Source: Candidatus Multivoradales bacterium (GTDB lineage Bacteria; Acidobacteriota; Thermoanaerobaculia; Multivoradales; JAHEKO01). Taken from it: a DNA stretch of 64,000 bases. The stretch spans positions 160,001-224,000 of the forward strand of contig CBDCXM010000009.1 in the NCBI GenBank assembly GCA_965223855.1. Reading direction: 5' to 3'. Below are positions 61,586-64,000 of this stretch, piece by piece (the first letter of the stretch is position 1; every line of letters begins with the position of its first letter). The translations under genes were made by a program, and so were the position numbers. Below the pieces are notes generated by a model. The model was given only the letters and a program-made list of their open reading frames with translations. It did not search any database and had not been told where the DNA came from.

Positions 61586-61705
61586 CCGCATCAAGAGACC
61601 CGGGAGGCGCGCGCCTTCGAGCATGTGCCGCCCGGGCGGCAACCGAGCCCGACCTCGTGTCCGGCCGCGGTGCCGAGGTAAGCCCCCGGCGGGGAACCGA
61701 TGTGG
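61586..61705 (+). ncRNA. SAM riboswitch of the SAM-I clan (probably SAM-I/IV variant)
   Basis: CCGCATCAAGAG...CGGCAACC...GGTGCC...GATGTGG; P1 CCGCATC/GATGTGG; upstream of methionine-pathway genes. Confidence 0.8.
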
Positions 61706-61922
61706 CCGGCCAGCGAGCCGGCAAAAAGAGAGAGGAGCCGCAAGGCTCGTCCCGCCTCAGCAAACCGCTTGATGCCGTCGAGTTCACGGCATGCGGCAGA
61801 CAACTCACACTCCGTCACCGAACCGGAAGCGACCCATCGGGGGCTCGCGAGCGACCGGTGAGCGACCGCGGTGGTCGCCATGCTCGACCGTGTCTGATGT
61901 GAGAGGCACGAGGAGAACGAGA

Positions 61923-63158
61923 ATGGCAACCGAGCCTACGAGGGTGAAGCGCCGCCGCCCGACACCGATCCGGACCACGGAACAGGGAAGGTCGACGCGC
62001 GCGATCCATTCCACCCGCCCCGACCCCGTCACGGGATCTCTCACCACCCCCGTCTTCCAGACCACCACCTACGCCCAGCCGGCGATCGGCCGGGACCTCG
62101 GCAATACCTACTCGAGGGTCGGCAACCCGACGGTGGAGCAGCTCGAACAGGCGCTGGCTTCGTTCGAGGGCGTCCGTCACGGGATCGCCTTCTCCAGCGG
62201 CATGGCGGCCACGACCTGCCTCGCACTCGCTTTCCTGAAGAGCGGAGACGAGGCCGTGTGCGGCAAGGTCGTCTACGGCGGCACCACGCGTCTACTGACG
62301 CAAGTACTGGAAGGGTTCGGCGTGCGGACGCGCTTCGTCGACGCGACTCGGCCGGAACGCGTGGCCGCGGCGCTCGGCGAGCGCACCCGGCTGGTGATCG
62401 TCGAGACCCCTGCCAACCCGACGCTCGAGCTGTGCGATCTGACGGCTATCGGCACGATCACGGCCGGCCATCCGGCACTGTTCGTCGTCGACAACACCTT
62501 CCTCACGGGAGCGCTCCAGCGGCCGGCGGACCTCGGCGCCGACGTCGTCCTCTACTCGACGACCAAGTTCGTCGAGGGTCACAACAGCACCGTCGGCGGG
62601 GCGATCCTCACCGGCAGCGACGAAGTGGCCGAGCGACTCCGCTTCCTGCGCAAGTGCACCGGTGGCATTCAGACCCCGTGGAACGCCTGGCTGACCCTCC
62701 AGGGCTTCAAGACCCTTCCACTGCGGATGGAGCGCCACTGCCGCTCCGCGCTCGAGCTCGCCGCATGGCTCGAGCGGCAGTCGGCGGTCGCGCGGGTGCA
62801 CTACCCCGGCCTGCCGTCCTTCCCGCAACGTGAGCTCGCCGAGCGTCAGCAGCTCGCCGGCGGTGGTGTCGTCACCCTGGAGCTCGCCGGTGGCCTCGAG
62901 GCCGCCGAGCGCTTCTGCCGCGGCCTCGAGCTGTGCACCCTGGCGGAGAACCTCGGCGCCGGGGAGACCCTCGTCACCCACCCGCCGACGATGACGCATG
63001 CGGATGTCGATCCTCGCAGCCGTCGTGAAGCCGGGATCTCCGACGGCATGATCCGTATCTCGGTCGGACTCGAGGACCCGGACGATCTTCGCGCCGACCT
63101 CGAAGGGGCTCTGGGCCGGGTCGCCGAAGACGTCGACTCGGGGGGGCGACCTCGATGA
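61923..63158 (+). CDS. Cys/Met metabolism PLP enzyme (cystathionine gamma-synthase / lyase family)
   Basis: YSRVGNPT, FSSGMAA, VETPANPTL, VDNTF, YSTTKFVEGH, LAENLG, IRISVGLED; ATG 61923 after AGGAG. Confidence 0.92.
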   Translation: MATEPTRVKRRRPTPIRTTEQGRSTRAIHSTRPDPVTGSLTTPVFQTTTYAQPAIGRDLGNTYSRVGNPTVEQLEQALASFEGVRHGIAFSSGMAATTCLALAFLKSGDEAVCGKVVYGGTTRLLTQVLEGFGVRTRFVDATRPERVAAALGERTRLVIVETPANPTLELCDLTAIGTITAGHPALFVVDNTFLTGALQRPADLGADVVLYSTTKFVEGHNSTVGGAILTGSDEVAERLRFLRKCTGGIQTPWNAWLTLQGFKTLPLRMERHCRSALELAAWLERQSAVARVHYPGLPSFPQRELAERQQLAGGGVVTLELAGGLEAAERFCRGLELCTLAENLGAGETLVTHPPTMTHADVDPRSRREAGISDGMIRISVGLEDPDDLRADLEGALGRVAEDVDSGGRPR

Positions 63159-63928
63159 AGCGCAAAGTCGTGGTCCTCAAGTTCGGCAGCTCGGTGCTGC
63201 CGACGGTCGGTGCCCTCCGTCGATCCGCCATCGAGATCGAGCGTCACACTTCCGGCGGGCGCACCGTCTTCGCCGTCGTCTCCGCGCGTCCCGGAGTCAC
63301 GGACGAGCTTTTCCGGACCGCCTCCCGATTCTCCTCGGCGGCGTCCGCGGAGTCGCTGGTCGCCGCTCTCCAGGCGACCGGCGAGGAGAGCAGCGCGGCA
63401 CTCGTCGCTCTCGCGGTTGCCGAACGCGGGCTCGACCCGGTACTTCTCGACGCTCGGGCTACCGGCCTGGTGGCAGGAGGATCGCGTCTGAGGGCGATCC
63501 CCCATCGGCTGGAGACGACCAGACTCGAGGCTGCCGTCGGCGGAGCGAACGTCGTGGTGGTGCCCGGCTACGTCTGCCCCCACAGCGACGGGGGACTGGC
63601 GCTCCTGGGTCGCGGCGGTTCGGACCTGACCGCGCTCTTCCTCGCCTACGCTCTGCAGGCCGAGCGCTGCCGGCTGCTCAAGGACGTCGACGGCTGGTAC
63701 GTCGAGGACCCTGCCGTCGTCGGCAACGCTTCGGCGCGCTACGCATCGCTCCACTGGGACGACGCGCTGGCTCGCCCGACCCCGCTGGTGCAGCACGACG
63801 CGGTCAAGCTGGCGCACCGGCGGAGAGTGACCTTCGAGGTCGGGGCACTCGGCTGCGACCGGCCGACGGTGGTCGGCGCTGCCGCGTCGCGGCTCGACCC
63901 GAGGTCGCGGGAGGCGATCGCAGGATGA
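63155..63928 (+). CDS. Aspartokinase-like amino-acid kinase, catalytic domain only
   Basis: VLKFGSSVL, VVSA, TGEE, LLGRGGSDLTALFLA, KDVDG; 257 aa with no ACT domains. Confidence 0.82.
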   Translation: MKRKVVVLKFGSSVLPTVGALRRSAIEIERHTSGGRTVFAVVSARPGVTDELFRTASRFSSAASAESLVAALQATGEESSAALVALAVAERGLDPVLLDARATGLVAGGSRLRAIPHRLETTRLEAAVGGANVVVVPGYVCPHSDGGLALLGRGGSDLTALFLAYALQAERCRLLKDVDGWYVEDPAVVGNASARYASLHWDDALARPTPLVQHDAVKLAHRRRVTFEVGALGCDRPTVVGAAASRLDPRSREAIAG

Positions 63929-64000
63929 TCGACTCGATACCTAGATCGACTCGAGTCGCCATTGTCGGGGCACGGGGAGCCGTCGGCGCAGAGCTCGCGG
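63925..64000 (+). CDS. asd: Aspartate-semialdehyde dehydrogenase, 5' fragment
   Basis: ATGA overlap; MIDSIPRSTRVAIVGARGAVGAELA resembles the Asd Rossmann motif; the neighbouring genes fit. Only 25 codons are visible. Confidence 0.65.
   Translation, partial: MIDSIPRSTRVAIVGARGAVGAELA

Overview
High-GC bacterial chromosome segment, probably Acidobacteriota (Thermoanaerobaculia-like), inferred from the 16S sequence and from the abundance of CRTAC1/TPR/sulfatase-like/TonB-receptor genes; this was not checked against a database. From left to right: (1) a giant minus-strand secreted SdrD-B/GEVED surface protein that runs off the left edge and is missing from the ORF track; (2) a frameshifted CoA-binding gene, a LEA-2 lipoprotein, an SPFH-HTH plus Zn-ribbon pair and DUF423; (3) an ECF sigma / FecR / TonB-transducer signalling locus whose shared promoter motif GAAGGATT-N13-CATCCAAC also precedes a secreted protein of unknown function; (4) two 189-bp structured intergenic repeats showing covariation; (5) ugd and a uxs-like gene, two more TonB receptors, and a CRTAC1+TPR pair; (6) a probable organophosphate/nucleic-acid scavenging operon (phytase-like, parvulin, acid phosphatase, S1/P1-like nuclease, phnDCEE, dGTPase-like); (7) a cluster of a Thr-type sulfatase-like TPR protein, a parvulin, a small secreted protein ending in PVELxxFxVD, three TPR proteins and two CRTAC1 proteins; (8) a complete rRNA operon (16S-tRNAIle-tRNAAla-23S-5S) with tandem promoters; (9) purF-purM-purN-cpsB; and (10) a SAM-riboswitch-led metB-like / aspartokinase / asd operon. 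Two single-base homopolymer frameshifts look like long-read assembly errors.
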